Part shown: positions 1-12,735 of the stretch, piece by piece
Numbering within the stretch: position 1 is the stretch's first letter
Layout of the letters: the number at the start of each line of letters is the position of its first letter
DNA from: Squalus acanthias
Taxonomy: Eukaryota
Assembly (NCBI GenBank): GCA_030390025.1
Contig: JASTWF010000070.1
Span: 1,302,001-1,366,000 of the forward strand
DNA: 64,000 nt
Reading direction: 5' to 3'
Position numbers and translations under genes: made by a program
Notes under the pieces: model-generated
The model's input: the letters and a program-made list of their open reading frames with translations, nothing else
Database searches by the model: none
Told to the model about the DNA's origin: nothing

Positions 1-12
1 TGTTCAGACTGA
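1..12 (+). CDS. Last four codons (C-S-D-stop) of an IgL constant exon; the rest of the cluster lies left of the window
   Basis: TGT TCA GAC TGA and the following ~2 kb align in inverted orientation to the end of the IgL C exon at 50279-50268 (TGT TCC GAT TGA) and its 3' flank; 7 mismatches in the first 60 nt. Confidence 0.85.
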   Translation, partial: CSD

Positions 13-322
13 GGCGGTGCAAGTTGGCAGTGGAGCTTGATTTTTGCTCGTGTTTAATGTAATGAAACAGATCATTCGATGTGTGCAATCCGCCTTTTTA
101 TGCAATGTAATCACTGTAGCAATTTCAATTTTTAGTAAACAACCTGAATGTTCAATAATATCAGAAGAGCACGAAATGATTGTCCAGCTTTGTGAGATGG
201 AACTTTCTGTACAACTGTCCCCATAATCTTGTGTGTAAACTTTCGCTGTGTGTAGAATGGGGACAGATTTCCCTTTAGTCTGTGACCATATTGTGATTGG
301 GAACTTGTGTAACACAGCTCTT

Positions 323-328
323 AATAAA
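323..328 (+). terminator. Polyadenylation signal of the left IgL C gene
   Basis: AATAAA about 310 nt after the stop, at the position equivalent to 49963-49968 in the paralog. Confidence 0.7.
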
Positions 329-394
329 CATGAAATGCTGCCACGAGCTTAAAGTGGCCCGTCTTTACTCAGGACTTAAAGGGACATTGAGTGG

Positions 395-1590
395 ATTACA
401 TGGAATGTACAGCACAAAAAGGCCATTCAGCCCAATCAGTCTATGCCGGTGTTTATGCTCCACACGAGCCTCCTCCCACCCCTATTCACCTCATTTGATT
501 AACATATCCTTCTATTCCTTTCTCCCTCATGTACTCATCTAGCTTCCCCTTTAATGCATCGACACTATTCGATTCAACTATTCCATATGGTAATGAATTG
601 AACATTCTCACCACTCTCTGGGTATAAAAGGTTTCTCCTGAACTCTCTATTGTATTTCTTAATTTTAAGGTTATGCTTCCTTGTTCTGGACGTCCCCCCA
701 CCGGAGGAGTAGTTTCTCTCTGTCTACACTATCAATCCCTTACAAAACCCTATGAACCTCAAACAAATCACCCCTTAACATTACATATTCCAGGGAATAC
801 AAGCCTAGTTTCTTTAATCTCTCCTCGTAATTTAGCCCTTAGATCCCTGGTAACATTCTGGTGATTTTGCGCTGAACTCCCTCCAGTATATCCTTACTGA
901 GATGCGGTGCCCAGAATCTGTACACTGTGCTCCAGATACTGGATTATTGAAGAAGGGTGGGGGAGAGAAATCAGGTCACTACCGGCCTGTCAGTTTGACG
1001 TCAGTTGTGGGGAAGTTAATACAATCTGTCATTAAGGATAGAGTGAGTGAACATTTAAGCAAATATGACCTGGTCAGAGGGGCCAGAATGGCTTTCTTAA
1101 AGGTAAATCATATCTGACTAATCCAGTTACATTTCTTGAGGAGGTCACTAATCAGATAGAGAAAGGATTGTCTATGGATGTTATCTATATGGAATCCCAG
1201 AAGGCATTCAATAAGGTTCCACATGTCAGATTACTGGCCAAGTTGAGATCACATGGAATTGGGGGGAGCCTTTAGATTTGGGTTGGAGTTTGGATGGGAA
1301 GTAGGAGACAGAGAGTCGGGATAAAGAGTAGGTACACAGATTGGCAGGATGTGGAATGTGATGTTCCCCAGGGATCTGTTCTGGGGCCTTAATCCTTCCA
1401 CCGAATTTATTAATAAGTTGGATGAAGGAATAGAGAGTTGTATATCCCTGTTTGCAGGTGGTGTTAAGTTGGGAGGCACAGTAACTTGTGCAGATGGGAG
1501 CAACAATTTGGAAGGGGATATGTGCAGGTTGTGATGTGGGTGAAACATAACAGATGTAGCTCAATGTGGGGGAGTGTGAGGTAATCCACT
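395..1590. mobile_element. Degraded CR1 LINE fragments (- strand 3' piece ~395-900; + strand RT piece ~940-1590)
   Basis: Translations such as YRPVSLTSVVGKLI and FYTQRVVRMFNSLP match CR1 ORF2; many stops and frameshifts. Confidence 0.85.
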
Positions 1591-2403
1591 GTGGATCTAC
1601 TCCTGTTCCTGTGCTCCTAGATCAGCAAGTGAGGATTCTGAATATGGTTAATCATACATGTGAAATGTCCAGAGAACACTGGACAGAGAGTGTCGCCAAT
1701 GGGCATGTGCAAGGCTGGTGGGGGGAGGCGGGACTGCGAGTAGCATGCGTGAGCACCAACGAGTTTACATATTAATCCTGCGTGCGTACGTAATAATCAC
1801 ACGTACTATGAACGTGCTGACGTACGATCAACTTGCTTACCTTGCATAATTAAGTAGATGTGCTTGTGAGTACAATTGAAATCATTCTCATAGCACTGGA
1901 GGTGCTAAGTTTCTATAAGTGTATTGATAAATAAAGATTATTAATCTCTCTATCTCCTGAGTCCACCAGTATATATTAAAGTGAAGGATAGGGATCATTC
2001 TGACATCACACATCACGTGGCTGTTTGATTTCCATAACTTCAGCTTCTGCAGATCGGTGCTGCGGCCACATGTGTCACTTTGGCGCCCTTGCTTCAAAAG
2101 CGAAATTGATCCATTACAGGCCATTCATTAAAGAACACCACGCATCGTTCTGGGAGTAGATTATGAAAGAGATTGCTAAAACTCATTCTGATTCCGTTGC
2201 TCATTCAAGTATTGAAAGGGGACATCATCCAGGTCGGAAAAGCGCAGATAATGAACGTATGGTCAGGGTCTTTGGGCTGGGCTGTGAACGTGGAACTGGA
2301 GGATAGTTTAGGAAATACACGCGGGGCAGCAAAAGAGGAAAAGATGAACATTTCCCACACAGTATAGTAGGTCTGTGACAAAGACTCCCTGTGGAGACAC
2401 TTA

Positions 2404-4177
2404 GACCGCGATTTCCCCTAACTGGGCGGGTCCGTGGCGGGCGACGTCGTTGGTGAGGCGCGGCCTGGTTGCTGGCTCAATCTCGGCCTCCGACATGACT
2501 TGCCTCTGACTGTGCTTGTTAATCCCGCTTTGCGAGTTTCCCAGCCAATTGAAGGAAGCGTGTCTGATGACGTCATTTAATGCCGCGTCATCAGCCGGTT
2601 TTCTTCAAGGGACCATGCACAAATTTACTTTGACATTTGTGCTGTTCCTGTTCTGCAGCATTGAAGTGCTGCAAACATTGATAAGCACTTCACAGAGGTG
2701 CACAGCTGCACCCACGCTCTCCCATGACTCCCTCCAGAGCACATAGGGAGGCTCTTTTCCCTTCCAAAGAGACCTCCCCAGGAGACCAACACAGCCTGGT
2801 TGCACACTGTGCAGGAAGGCAGAAGCAGGGATATCGTCAAGAGGACCAGACTTCAGTGGCACAAACCTTTCAATGATCTCTGTAGAACACGAAACGTTAA
2901 TGCAAAGACACACTCAACCTCATCCTGCTGTGCCACTCAGCGCATCCCCATGACTCTTTCTTCCCTGTCCTACTGTTGCACAGCCTTCCTCACACTAACT
3001 TACCTTGCACCTCTACCGATCCCTCTCTATCTACATTCTCACTTTCTTATATCACTAGCCACCCCTCACACTCACCTTCATCCTGGTCCAATCATACCAA
3101 CTAACAAGACACAAGGATAGGCAATTGTGTGTTTTAGCCAATTATCATTTAAAATTTCTGTTAGAAGACATGGGAATCTTTTTTTTCTGCACTTCGGCCA
3201 TTCTTCGACAGATTGGTGTGCACCTTTGAAAGTGGCTTAGTGAGTTGCAGTTAATGTTGAAACATAATCGTATCCCCACCCCCGTAATGCTGATGAGTGA
3301 GAAAAGAATGGCTTGGGCAAGGTAAAGATGCTTTACGTTGTTGGTGTGGGGTGGTGCCAACCTGGCGCAACATGTGGCAGCCATATGGGTGTGGAGCGTC
3401 AAGTGAAGTAAATCTGGCCATGTTGAGGCCATCGCTGGAGCCGCGGACAGCAATGTGGTTGGGTGCTGATTCCCTCTGTCCTGTGCAGCATCAGGTGATT
3501 GCAGAGAAGGTTGGTGTGGTTGTTGGTGCTGCTGGTGTGCCTGGTGATGCTGATGTTGTGGCTGATTGTGTTCAGATTATGAGGACCACGGTGAGAGAGT
3601 ATAAACCGTGCCCATGCTGATGGAATAGATGGCAGGTGAACTTCTGATGTGAGAAGGAATCTGTCAATGGTGAAAGAGGTTGTTGCAATGAGGTGACACG
3701 AGCTTACATATTAACCCTGCGTGCGTACGTACTAATTACACGTACTATGAACGAGTTTGCACCAAAAACTTGAAATCTGCTTAAAGTTCTATCTGTCTTC
3801 CAAATGCAGTAAGCAGCAGCTTTTGAGTTTGGAAAGTGAACAGCTGTGAGATGGGAGCTTTACTAGCACATTTCCAGATGTCAAGTAATGAGATGGCGAT
3901 TCAACTCCCGCTCAACTTAACAGACGTGATGCCCCAGCAGCGTGGAGCCCGTTGGCGAGCTCAAAATTGTTGTTACTGCTCTGTTAAAAAGGTGATAATG
4001 ACCTGAATTGCTTCCCCCGCCGCCAGGAGTCGGGTCTGTTTAGCGCTGACAGACCCGACATTTGGTAAAGGCGCGTGGTGGCGGGTTGACAGCGGGATCC
4101 CGACCAGTGTAAAAAAAAACATTTGCCCTCCTGACCCGGTACGGATCCCGCCGCCGAACCCCAGGAAAATTCCCCCC
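2404..4177. mobile_element. Internally deleted PIF/Harbinger-like DNA transposon remnant
   Basis: 2700-2890 (+) encodes a decayed Myb/SANT-like domain (AWLHTVQEGRSRDIVKRTRLQWHKPFNDL). Ends are GC-rich and only imperfectly inverted. Parts recur at 58900-59272 and 63090-64000. Confidence 0.55.
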
Positions 4178-5704
4178 TATGATTGCAGTTAGACTTTAGG
4201 TTGGAGTCGTTTAGAACTCGGTACAGACTCACCCGGTATTTTCCGGTTTGATAGCGGGCGAGATCGGTGGGGGGTCGGGAGGGAATTTTGATTTTTTTTT
4301 CTGCAGTTCCGATATCCGCCTGTCATCTCGCACCCATGTCCCTTAGTGCAACGACAGCACTATGTTAGATTAAACTTCAACGGTGATGTGGCCATGGTCC
4401 CTTTAAAGATCCTGGCTGATAACGCGTCATGAATGACGTCATCAGACCCGTTGCATCTCATTGGGCCAGGTGAGTTCATTTTCAGCAGCGGGATGGAGCC
4501 AGCAGTGGGGTCGCGACCCACCATGGCCACCGTCCGCGCCGGACTCGCCCAGCTAAGCAAAGTACCGGCCTTGACTCCAAAGCGAAAGGACAATCCTGGA
4601 GCTGTGAATGCGGCGGATTGACACTCCTGTCACTTAAAGTGCTCCACCTGTTCGATTCCCCTGCAAAATTCTGAAGATTTTCAAATTTTAACTGTTGGTA
4701 GCGAAACTCGATGGATCCCAATCTGCACGAGTCCCTTCTCTAAACCTCACCGCCACTCTCTTCACCTTTAAGACCCTCCTTATAAACCACCTCCCTGAGC
4801 AAGCTTTTGGTCACCTTTCCCAATATCTCCTTATGTGGATCAGTAACAAATTCTGTTTGTTAAGCGCTCCTGTGCAGCACCTTGGGACGTTTTACTACGT
4901 TAAAGGCGCTGCATAAAAACATGTTGTTGTTGGTGCTCTGTAACCTACATACAGTGCTCTTAGAATACTTTATTGACCCAGCAATTCATTCCTGAACGCA
5001 ATAGGATCTGGGAACCCTATTGGGGGAATGGATGGGAATAAGATGGGCGGGAGAGGGTGGGTGGTGGTGTGGGGGGCGGCGGTTTACATATAAAAATGAC
5101 CTAACCCCACCTGAACCCACTGCATAAGCTCCTGCCGCCATATCTAAGCTCCCAGGCGGGAAACCTCATTATAATATTTAAATTAGGCTCCCACAGTGCA
5201 GTTGAGAGCCGGACTTGAATTTAACGGCTGCGAGCCGGGTTTCCCTGTGCTCAGAAAACCCAGCATCGAAATCACCCCTTAACCCTCCGTGCTCTAAGGA
5301 GAACTATTCCGATCTTTCCACATAAGTGAAGTCCCTCATCCCTGGTAAAATTCTCGTAAATCTCCTCTACAAAGTCTTGACATCTTTCTTAAAGTGTGGT
5401 GCCCAGAATTGAACACAATACTCCAGCTGAGGCCTAACCAGTGTTTATTATGGTTCAGCATAACGCCCTTGTTTTCTCATCTATGCCTCTATTTTAACAG
5501 CCTTCGCAACTTGTCCTGCTACCTTCAAAGATGGGTGTAACTGAACCCCAGGTCTCTCTGTTCCTGCACCCCCTTCACTAACTGAAATGGAGCTATAAAC
5601 CCTGTCAACATGTTTCCAGAAAGGCGCACTTTACTAGCAATAATTAATAATCCCTCACCTTTCCTTCTTTCCATATTAATCTCCAGTGTTGGTGACTTAG
5701 TACA

Positions 5705-7097
5705 TGATGGAATCTGGTACAGTACCCATGGATTGGAGGGTAGCTAATGTTACCCCACTATTCAAAAAGGGTGGTAGAGCGAAAACGGGGAATTACAGAC
5801 CGGTAAGCCTGACATCGGTAGTGGGGAAAATGCTAGAGTCCATTATAAAAGATGTAATAGCTGAGCACTGGTAAAATAGATAAGGGAGAACCAGTGGATG
5901 TGGCGTATTTGGCCTTCCAAAAGGCTTTTGATAAGGTCCCGCATAAGAGATTAGCGTGTAAAGTGAAGGCACATGGGATTGGGGGCAAGTATTGACTTGG
6001 ATAGAGAACTGGTTGGCAGACAGAAAGCAAAGAGTTGGAATAACCGGGTCTTTTTTCCGAGTGGCAGGCAGGGTACGCAGGGATCGGTCCTTGGAACCCA
6101 GCTATTCACAATATATATTAATGATCTAGACAAGGGAACTATATGTAATATCTCCAAGTTTGCAAACGACACAAAACTGGGTGGGCGTCTGTGCTGCGAG
6201 GAGGATGCCGAGAAACTCCAGGATGATTTGGATAGGTTGGGTGATTGGGCAGAAGCGTGGCAGATGCAATATAACGTGGATAAATGCGAGGTTATCCACT
6301 TTGGTGTCAACAACAGAAAGGCAGATTATTATCTGAATGGCAATAGATTGGGAGAAGGGGATGTGCAACGAGACCTGGATGTCCTTGTGCACCAGTCGCT
6401 GAAGGTAAGCATGCAGGTGCAGCAGGCGGTTAAGAAGGCAAATGGTATGTTGGCCTTCATAGCGAGAGGGTTTGAGTACAGGAACAAGGATGTTTTGCTG
6501 CAGTTGTACAGGGCCTTGGTGAGACCACACCTTGAGTACTGTGTGCAGTTTTGGTCGCCTTATCTGAGGAAGGATGCTTTTGCCATGGAAGGAGTTCAGC
6601 GAAGATTCACAAGGCTGATTCCTGGGATGGCAGGAATGACGTATGAGGAGAGATTGGCTCGATTGGGCTTATATTCGCTGGAGTTCTGAAGAATGAGAGG
6701 GGAGCTCCTTGAAACTTATAAAATTCTGACAGGACAGGACAAACTAGATGCAGGAAGGATGTTCCCGATGGTCGGGGAGTCCAGAACCAGGGGTCACAGT
6801 CTAAGGATAAGGGGTGAGCCATTTAGAACAGAAATGAGGAGGAATTTCTTCACCCAGAGAGTGGTGAACCTGTGTTATTCTCTGCCACAGAAGGCAGTAG
6901 AGGCCAATTCATTAAATAGATTCAAGAAGGAGTTGGATATATTTCTTAAGGCTAAAGGGATCAAGGGATATGGGGAGAAAGCAGGGACAGGGTACTGAAT
7001 TTGGATGATCAGCCATGATCGCAATGAATGGCGGAGCAGGCTAGAGGGGCCGCCTGGCCTACTCCTGCTCCTATCTTCCATGATTCTATGATTCCAT
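5705..7097 (+). mobile_element. 5'-truncated CR1 LINE (RT and 3'UTR), shared with the duplicated copy at 60040-61535
   Basis: RT motifs QGSVLG and SKFANDTKL; (ATTCTATG)-type 3' tail; ~95 bp internal deletion relative to the right-hand copy. Confidence 0.95.
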
Positions 7098-7999
7098 GTA
7101 AGTAGATACGATGTATTCAGCTCAATTATGGCATTAGATAGTATGATAAATTGTGTAAAAAAAACTAATAGCTCCTCTGGGTAACACCGAAATATATAAC
7201 AGTAACATTTTACGCACATAATTTGTATTCTCTAAGTATCCTCGAAACACTACATTAAGCTGGAGAAATCAGCCAGCTTTTATCGGGCGAAGTTGTTTAG
7301 TTCCGGTCATGAGTTCTGTTTGCTGTAGTTTGTACATGCTCTTTTTAAATAGACCCTGTAGACCGCTGTTGGTGGAAGCTTGCTGTGCACAATATGGCTG
7401 AAGCGTTTCCTATATTACATCAGTGACTACACTTTAAAAGTACTGCCTTGTCTCTAAGCGTTTTGGGACATCCTGAAATCTGGGCTGGGAGTTGGACCAA
7501 CAAACTTCCAAGTCAAGAGGCGAGAGTGCTAGCAACTGCATCACTGCTAACACCTGAACATGCAGTGGTTTACTTATCCTACTTCAGTGTGAATCACAAC
7601 TGTACTCTGGGGAAGAACACGGTTTTCCAATCTTTTATTTCAGAAATATAACGGGCGTGAACAAAACCTCTCAAGAAATAAGCAAAATTAATATCCCGTT
7701 AATCAATCCGTCACGTTTACTTAATTAGCCTAAGGTAAGTTGGTCAGAATGCACAGTACTCCGAATGGTGAGCCCTGGTTGTAATATACACTGAATGGAA
7801 ACTCGCGACACAGCGCCACTAGCGGCCAACATAAATATCTACTAAAATCAAGAAATTCTTTGAGGGACCTGATGGCCAATTAGGAGGTAGGATGTTTGGA
7901 CACATATTTATAATATCCAGCATCTCGCTGGGATAAATCCTCTTCTCATTCCTAAAAATCATGACAGAATCTAATTACAAAATAACAATTCATCAATTC

Positions 8000-8460
8000 C
8001 AGTGATGAGGGACTTCAGTTACATGGATGGACTGGAGAAGCTGGGCTTGTTCTCCTTAGAGCAGAGAAGGTTGAGAGGAGATTTGATAGAGGTGTTCAAA
8101 ATCGTGAGGGGTCTAGACAGAGTAGATAGAGAGAAACTGTTCCCATTGGCAGAAGGGCCGAGAACCAGAGGACAGAGATTTAAGGTAATTGGCAAAAAAC
8201 AGAGGCGACATGAGGAAAACTCTCTTTACGCAGCGAGTGGTTAGGATCTGGAATGCACTGCCTGAAAGGGTGGTGGAGCCAGACCCAATCGTGGCTTTCA
8301 AAGGGGAATTGGAAAAGTATCTGAAGGAAAGAAATTTGCAGGGCTATGGGGGAAAGGCGCGGGTCGTGGGACTAGCAGAAGTGCTCTTGTGGAGAGCTGG
8401 CACGGGCTCGACGGGCCGAATGGCAACCTTCTGTGCAGTAATCATTCTATGATTCAATGA
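8000..8460 (+). mobile_element. CR1 LINE 3' fragment
   Basis: LEKLGLFSLEQRRLRGDLIEVFKI; ATTCTATG tail. Confidence 0.9.
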
Positions 8461-8719
8461 TTTTAAACTTCTAGTGCATTTTTCTATTTTAGGAAAAAAA
8501 AAAAAATTTGCTTGCGGAAATTTCCAACAAACTGGTCACTAACTTGCTACAGTGGCACCAGTCAAGGCAAAAAGTGCAGAAAAATGCGACACCAGAAAGT
8601 CCTCGTTATTTAAAGTTAGTTGCATACCGCCATCCTACTGATACACAGGATTATCTTTAGAATACGCTAAGCGGTTTTTGAAAAAGCAATACATTCTACG
8701 TAAATCCTGGCGAGTGCAC

Positions 8720-9515
8720 AGAGATAGGAACAGGAGGAGGACATTCAGCGCCTCGAGCTTATTCCGCCATTCAATGAGATCATGGCTGATCTGTATCTTA
8801 ACTCCATCTACCCGCACTGGTTCCGTAACCCTTAATACCCTTACCCAAGAAAAATCTATCAATCTCACTTTTCAAATTTTCAATTGATCCCCAACCTCAT
8901 CGATTTTGCGGGGAGAGAGTTCCAGATTTAGGGGGCATATCTTAGGATAAGGGGTCGGCCATTTAAGACTGAGATGAGGAGGAATTTTTTCACTCAGAGG
9001 GTTGTGAATCATTGGAATTCTCTGCCCCAGAGGGCTGTGGATGCTGAGTCTTTGAGTATATTCAAGGCTGAGATCGATAGCTTTTGGACTCATGGGGAAT
9101 CAAAGGACATGTAGGAGGGGCGGGAGAGTGGAGTGAGGTCGATGATCAGCCATGATCTTATTGAATGGTGCAGCAGGCTCGAGGGGCCTTATGGCCGACT
9201 CCTGCTCTTATGTTCTGATGAGGCCCTGTCTGCTCTCTCAGGTTGACGTAAAAGATGCAACGGCAAATTTCAAGGAAACGCAGGTGAGTTCACCCTGGAG
9301 TCCTGGGGCCAATATTCATCCCTCAACCATCATCACTAAGAAACGGATGATCTGGTCATTATCACATGGTGTTTGTGGGAGCTTGCTGTGTGAAAATAGG
9401 CTGCTGCGTTTCCTACATTACAACAGTGACTAGATTTCAAAAAAGTACTTCATTGGCTGTAAAGCGCTTTGGGACGTCCGGTGGTGGTGGAAGGCGCTAT
9501 AGAAATGCAAGTCTG
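8720..9515. mobile_element. CR1 3' fragments plus the 3' part of a tRNA-derived (SacSINE1/Deu-like) SINE, inserted into the 3'UTR of remnant D
   Basis: CR1 tail motifs; SINE tail AAAGCGCTTTGGGAC...GGCGCTATAGAAATGCAAG; homology to gene A resumes on both sides. Confidence 0.8.
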
Positions 9516-9751
9516 TCTATTTTCTATCAACTTTAATCATCTTAAGCTCCTTAGTTTGAGATAGTTTAGTTGTTTGTTGAGAGTCTCTGTGGCTTTACAT
9601 TGCAAGTCAAATTACTGTTTCCGCCTGCTGTGGATTTTTTTCGTAAATCTGATGGAACCCATTCGAGTTCGCGTCTCTTTCCCGCCTTCTTTTTTGATGA
9701 CATTTTCAATGCAGCAAAATCCGCCGATGTGTCGAGTCTGGAAAACATATT

Positions 9752-10511
9752 GGCCCAAAAAAGGCCGTTCCCGAGTGAGTACTCAGTTAGTACTCACCCG
9801 TATTCATTCCCGAAGTGCCTGTTTTCTGCATGCACTGCGCATGCGCGGGCAACCGGCACTTCCGGTATAGTGAAGGGGGCGGTTCATAGGTGAACCGCGT
9901 GCGCGCCAGAGGCTGGGCGCAGGCAGCACACTTAGATTTTTTTTCAGGTTTCAACGCGAGGGTAAGTATTGAAGATTCTACGCTAATAAAAAGGAGGCGT
10001 AAGACCCCTTTTGAACAAGGTAAGTAGTTAATTAAGTATTATTTTAAAAAAATTTCAACAAGTTTATCTTTTTTAGATACTTTAAAGAAAGGTAAGTTTA
10101 TTTTTATAACTTTTAAAAAGTATTTTAATTTTTTCAAAATTTTAAGCTTTTGTTTAAAGTGATGAATTTATTTAACTATAGTTATTTTATAAATGTGATT
10201 GTTTTTTTTAATTTATTTTAAGTTTCGCTGTTCTTTTTGGGCTGATTTCAATTCACAGATTTGACAGGTCTCCTGTCAAATCTGTGAATGAAAGATGGTC
10301 TGCTGCCATTGGCTCTCCATGGCCCACGTAATCCCAGGGTTCGCATTGCACTAACTGCGCCCCTGAAACACGCAAGCACTGCGCACCAGCTCTTGGGAGA
10401 GGCCCGGGACCCGAAGTTCCTGTGGGCCCAAAACACAACGGCAGGAGCGGTGGGTAAGAGCGCGCGCGATCCTTACCCCTGCGGCAAGCCGGCCACGCGA
10501 ATTTCTAGGCC
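9752..10511. mobile_element. Non-autonomous Harbinger-type MITE-like insertion
   Basis: GGCC(C/T)A termini in inverted orientation, ATT/ATA flanks and an AT-rich centre; it interrupts the homology to gene A at the terminal-exon acceptor. Confidence 0.55.
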
Positions 10512-10969
10512 ATAAAAACAGAGAAATATATTGATATTAAATCATGTTTATATCAGCTTACTCGTTCTCCATAAGACACGGGACTGGCTTACTGTTTATA
10601 GGCAACAGTAGGCAGGTATTACTCATAAATAATCTCAAATTAGAAACCAACAAGATTATTTTTAAAATCAAAGTATCCATTCAGACAACTGCACAGTTTG
10701 ATTGGTTGACACGTCGAACCAATCCAATCTGTCGTTTCGTCATGCGCCATCTGCCAGGAGAAGTGTTTCCAGGGTCAAGGGGCATAGTTCCGAATCATGG
10801 CCCCGGGTCATTGGTTTAAGAGAATGGAAACCGCTGCTATGGCGCCCCTACCGGCAAGCGAAGAGTCTGCGTGTGCCTGGGACCTCAATGAAAAAGCTGT
10901 TTGCCTGTTAGGAGGGCCAAGCTCGCTGCTTGGTGGTGTAGACAGATAGCAGCAGCGTCTCGTTATATC

Positions 10970-11460
10970 ACACAGAAACGTACAGATACAAAAACACATA
11001 CACACATACACACACTTACATACACACATACACATAAAAACATACACCCTTACATAGACACAAACATAAGCCTAGAAGGACAAGGGCAGCAGGCGCATGG
11101 AAACACCACCTCCATATTCCCCTCCAAGTCACGGATCATCCTGAAGTGGAAATATATCGGCCGTTCCTTCATCGTGGTTGGGTCAAAATCCTGGAACTCC
11201 CTCCCTAACAGCCCTGTGGGAGCACCTTCACTACACGGGACAGCCGCGGTTCAAGAAGGCGGCTCACCACCACCCTCTCAAGGGCAACTCGGGATGAACA
11301 ATAAATGCCGGCCTTGTCAGCGATGCCCACATCCCGTGAATAAAGAGAAATACATACACACACACAGACACATACATACACACACACACAGACACGCACA
11401 AATATAAATACAGACTCACCCACATATAAACATAGACATACACATGCACATAAACGCAAT
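10970..11460. repeat. (CA)/(CATA)-rich low-complexity tract with an embedded repeat fragment (~11070-11345)
   Basis: Direct inspection; positionally equivalent to the TG-rich tracts at 19146-20120 in gene A. Confidence 0.85.
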
Positions 11461-12474
11461 CTTAAGTCTTGTATATCGACTTAGCATGGAAGCCATTTAG
11501 CAACATAGTTTGAGTTATCTTCACAATTATCCAGGAATATCGTCGCATTTCTGCATCTCTATAATAATTCCTGTGCCTAAAGTAATAAAAACAGTCACCA
11601 CACCGGGCTGGGCTGGGGGGACCTCGACTTCCTGTGGTGATAATAAAAACGCTGTAAAATCTGGGTATCTGAAATACAAAAAAAAACTGTTGGAATTACA
11701 CTGCGGATGATTGTCTGTCGAAGGCATTATGCCCGAAACATTAACTGGTCATTTCTATCAGTAGATGCCAGTGCGGTTAATGGATTCGCTCTGTTTCCAC
11801 TCGAAGCGATAATGGGGATTGGATGGAAATTATGATGACGTAGACAGCGGTCTGCTTTCTGTTCACTGGGCGAAACATTTCTTTGAAGCTAAATCTGTAC
11901 ACGAAGAAAATATGAAACAAGCATTAATTCTGGTAAATCCTTGGTCACGTGCCATAAATATTGAGAACAGAATTGTGGGATGGTCTTTGAATCAATCTTA
12001 AAAGAACGTGGAAAATATAAAAAATATACCATTGAAAGCGGAGTTGGGGTTGACTGGATTTGACACAATGCTGGAAAGCTACCGCAGTGAGTGGTTGAGG
12101 CGAATAGCATAAATGCAATTAAGGGAAGCTAGATAAGCACATGAGAGAGAAAGGAAGAGTAGGATATGCTGATGGGGTGAGATGAAAAGGGGAGGGTGGA
12201 GACTCGTGTGGAGCATAAACACCGGCATGGACCAGGTGGGCCGAATGACCTGTGTCTGTGCTGCACATTCTGTGTAATTCTATGGAAGGCCCCGATGGAA
12301 CCTATATCAAGGGTGGCCATCTTCAGAAGAATGAAGCGGTATGGAAACGGGGAGCGAAGAGAAACTTACTTCAATTTTAATTTTAGAATGTATTTCTGGT
12401 AGAACTGGTTTTGAGTTGAGCAGACCACTTAGTACCTTACTGAATTTCTGAACAGCGATGCGGAAATGCCTGAC

Positions 12475-12735
12475 CTCAACTGACAAAGAAGCGAGCCTGA
12501 GCTTGAAGCAGAGAGGGGGCAGCTCGTTGGCAGCGAAGAGGCGCTTTGGCTGTGACCGCGCCTGTTGCTCTGAATATCACAGATCACGCTGCTCGGGCCG
12601 CTTGCGAGGCGATGTGCAAAGTGCAGCGAGTTGTGGAAACGGCTGGCCGAGATTCTGACTTGAGCTGGAAAATAATGGCCGAGCTAGAAGCTCTCTGTGG
12701 TTTTCCTGTTTCTGCAGCTTAGCCGCTCACACAGA
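12475..12735 (-). pseudogene. Degenerate leader exon (ATG>ACG at 12527-12525) and promoter of the gene B/C type
   Basis: Aligns to 31128-31360 and 38418-38680, including the CTGYGGKTTTCCTGTT block; donor AG/GTCAGG at 12475; the 53-nt length is out of phase. Confidence 0.65.

Larger units (their letters stand above)
8460..12070 (-). pseudogene. Remnant D: 3' half (cytoplasmic exons, terminal exon, 3'UTR) of a paralog of VJ-C1 receptor gene A
   Basis: Inverted homology blocks: 11880-12070 to 17460-17640; 11460-11770 to 18640-18956; 10690-10755 to 20130-20200; 9560-9748 (ADFAALKMSSKKKAG) to 20620-20825 (LEFGASEKSSKKKAG); 8460-8720 to the gene A 3'UTR. No V, C1 or TM exon found. Confidence 0.8.

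Noticed and set aside
1600-2050. Putative IgL 3' enhancer (E-box CACGTG and octamer-like ATTATGCA shared with 45524-46000)
   Set aside because: The similarity is explained by the duplication itself, with no visible excess conservation.
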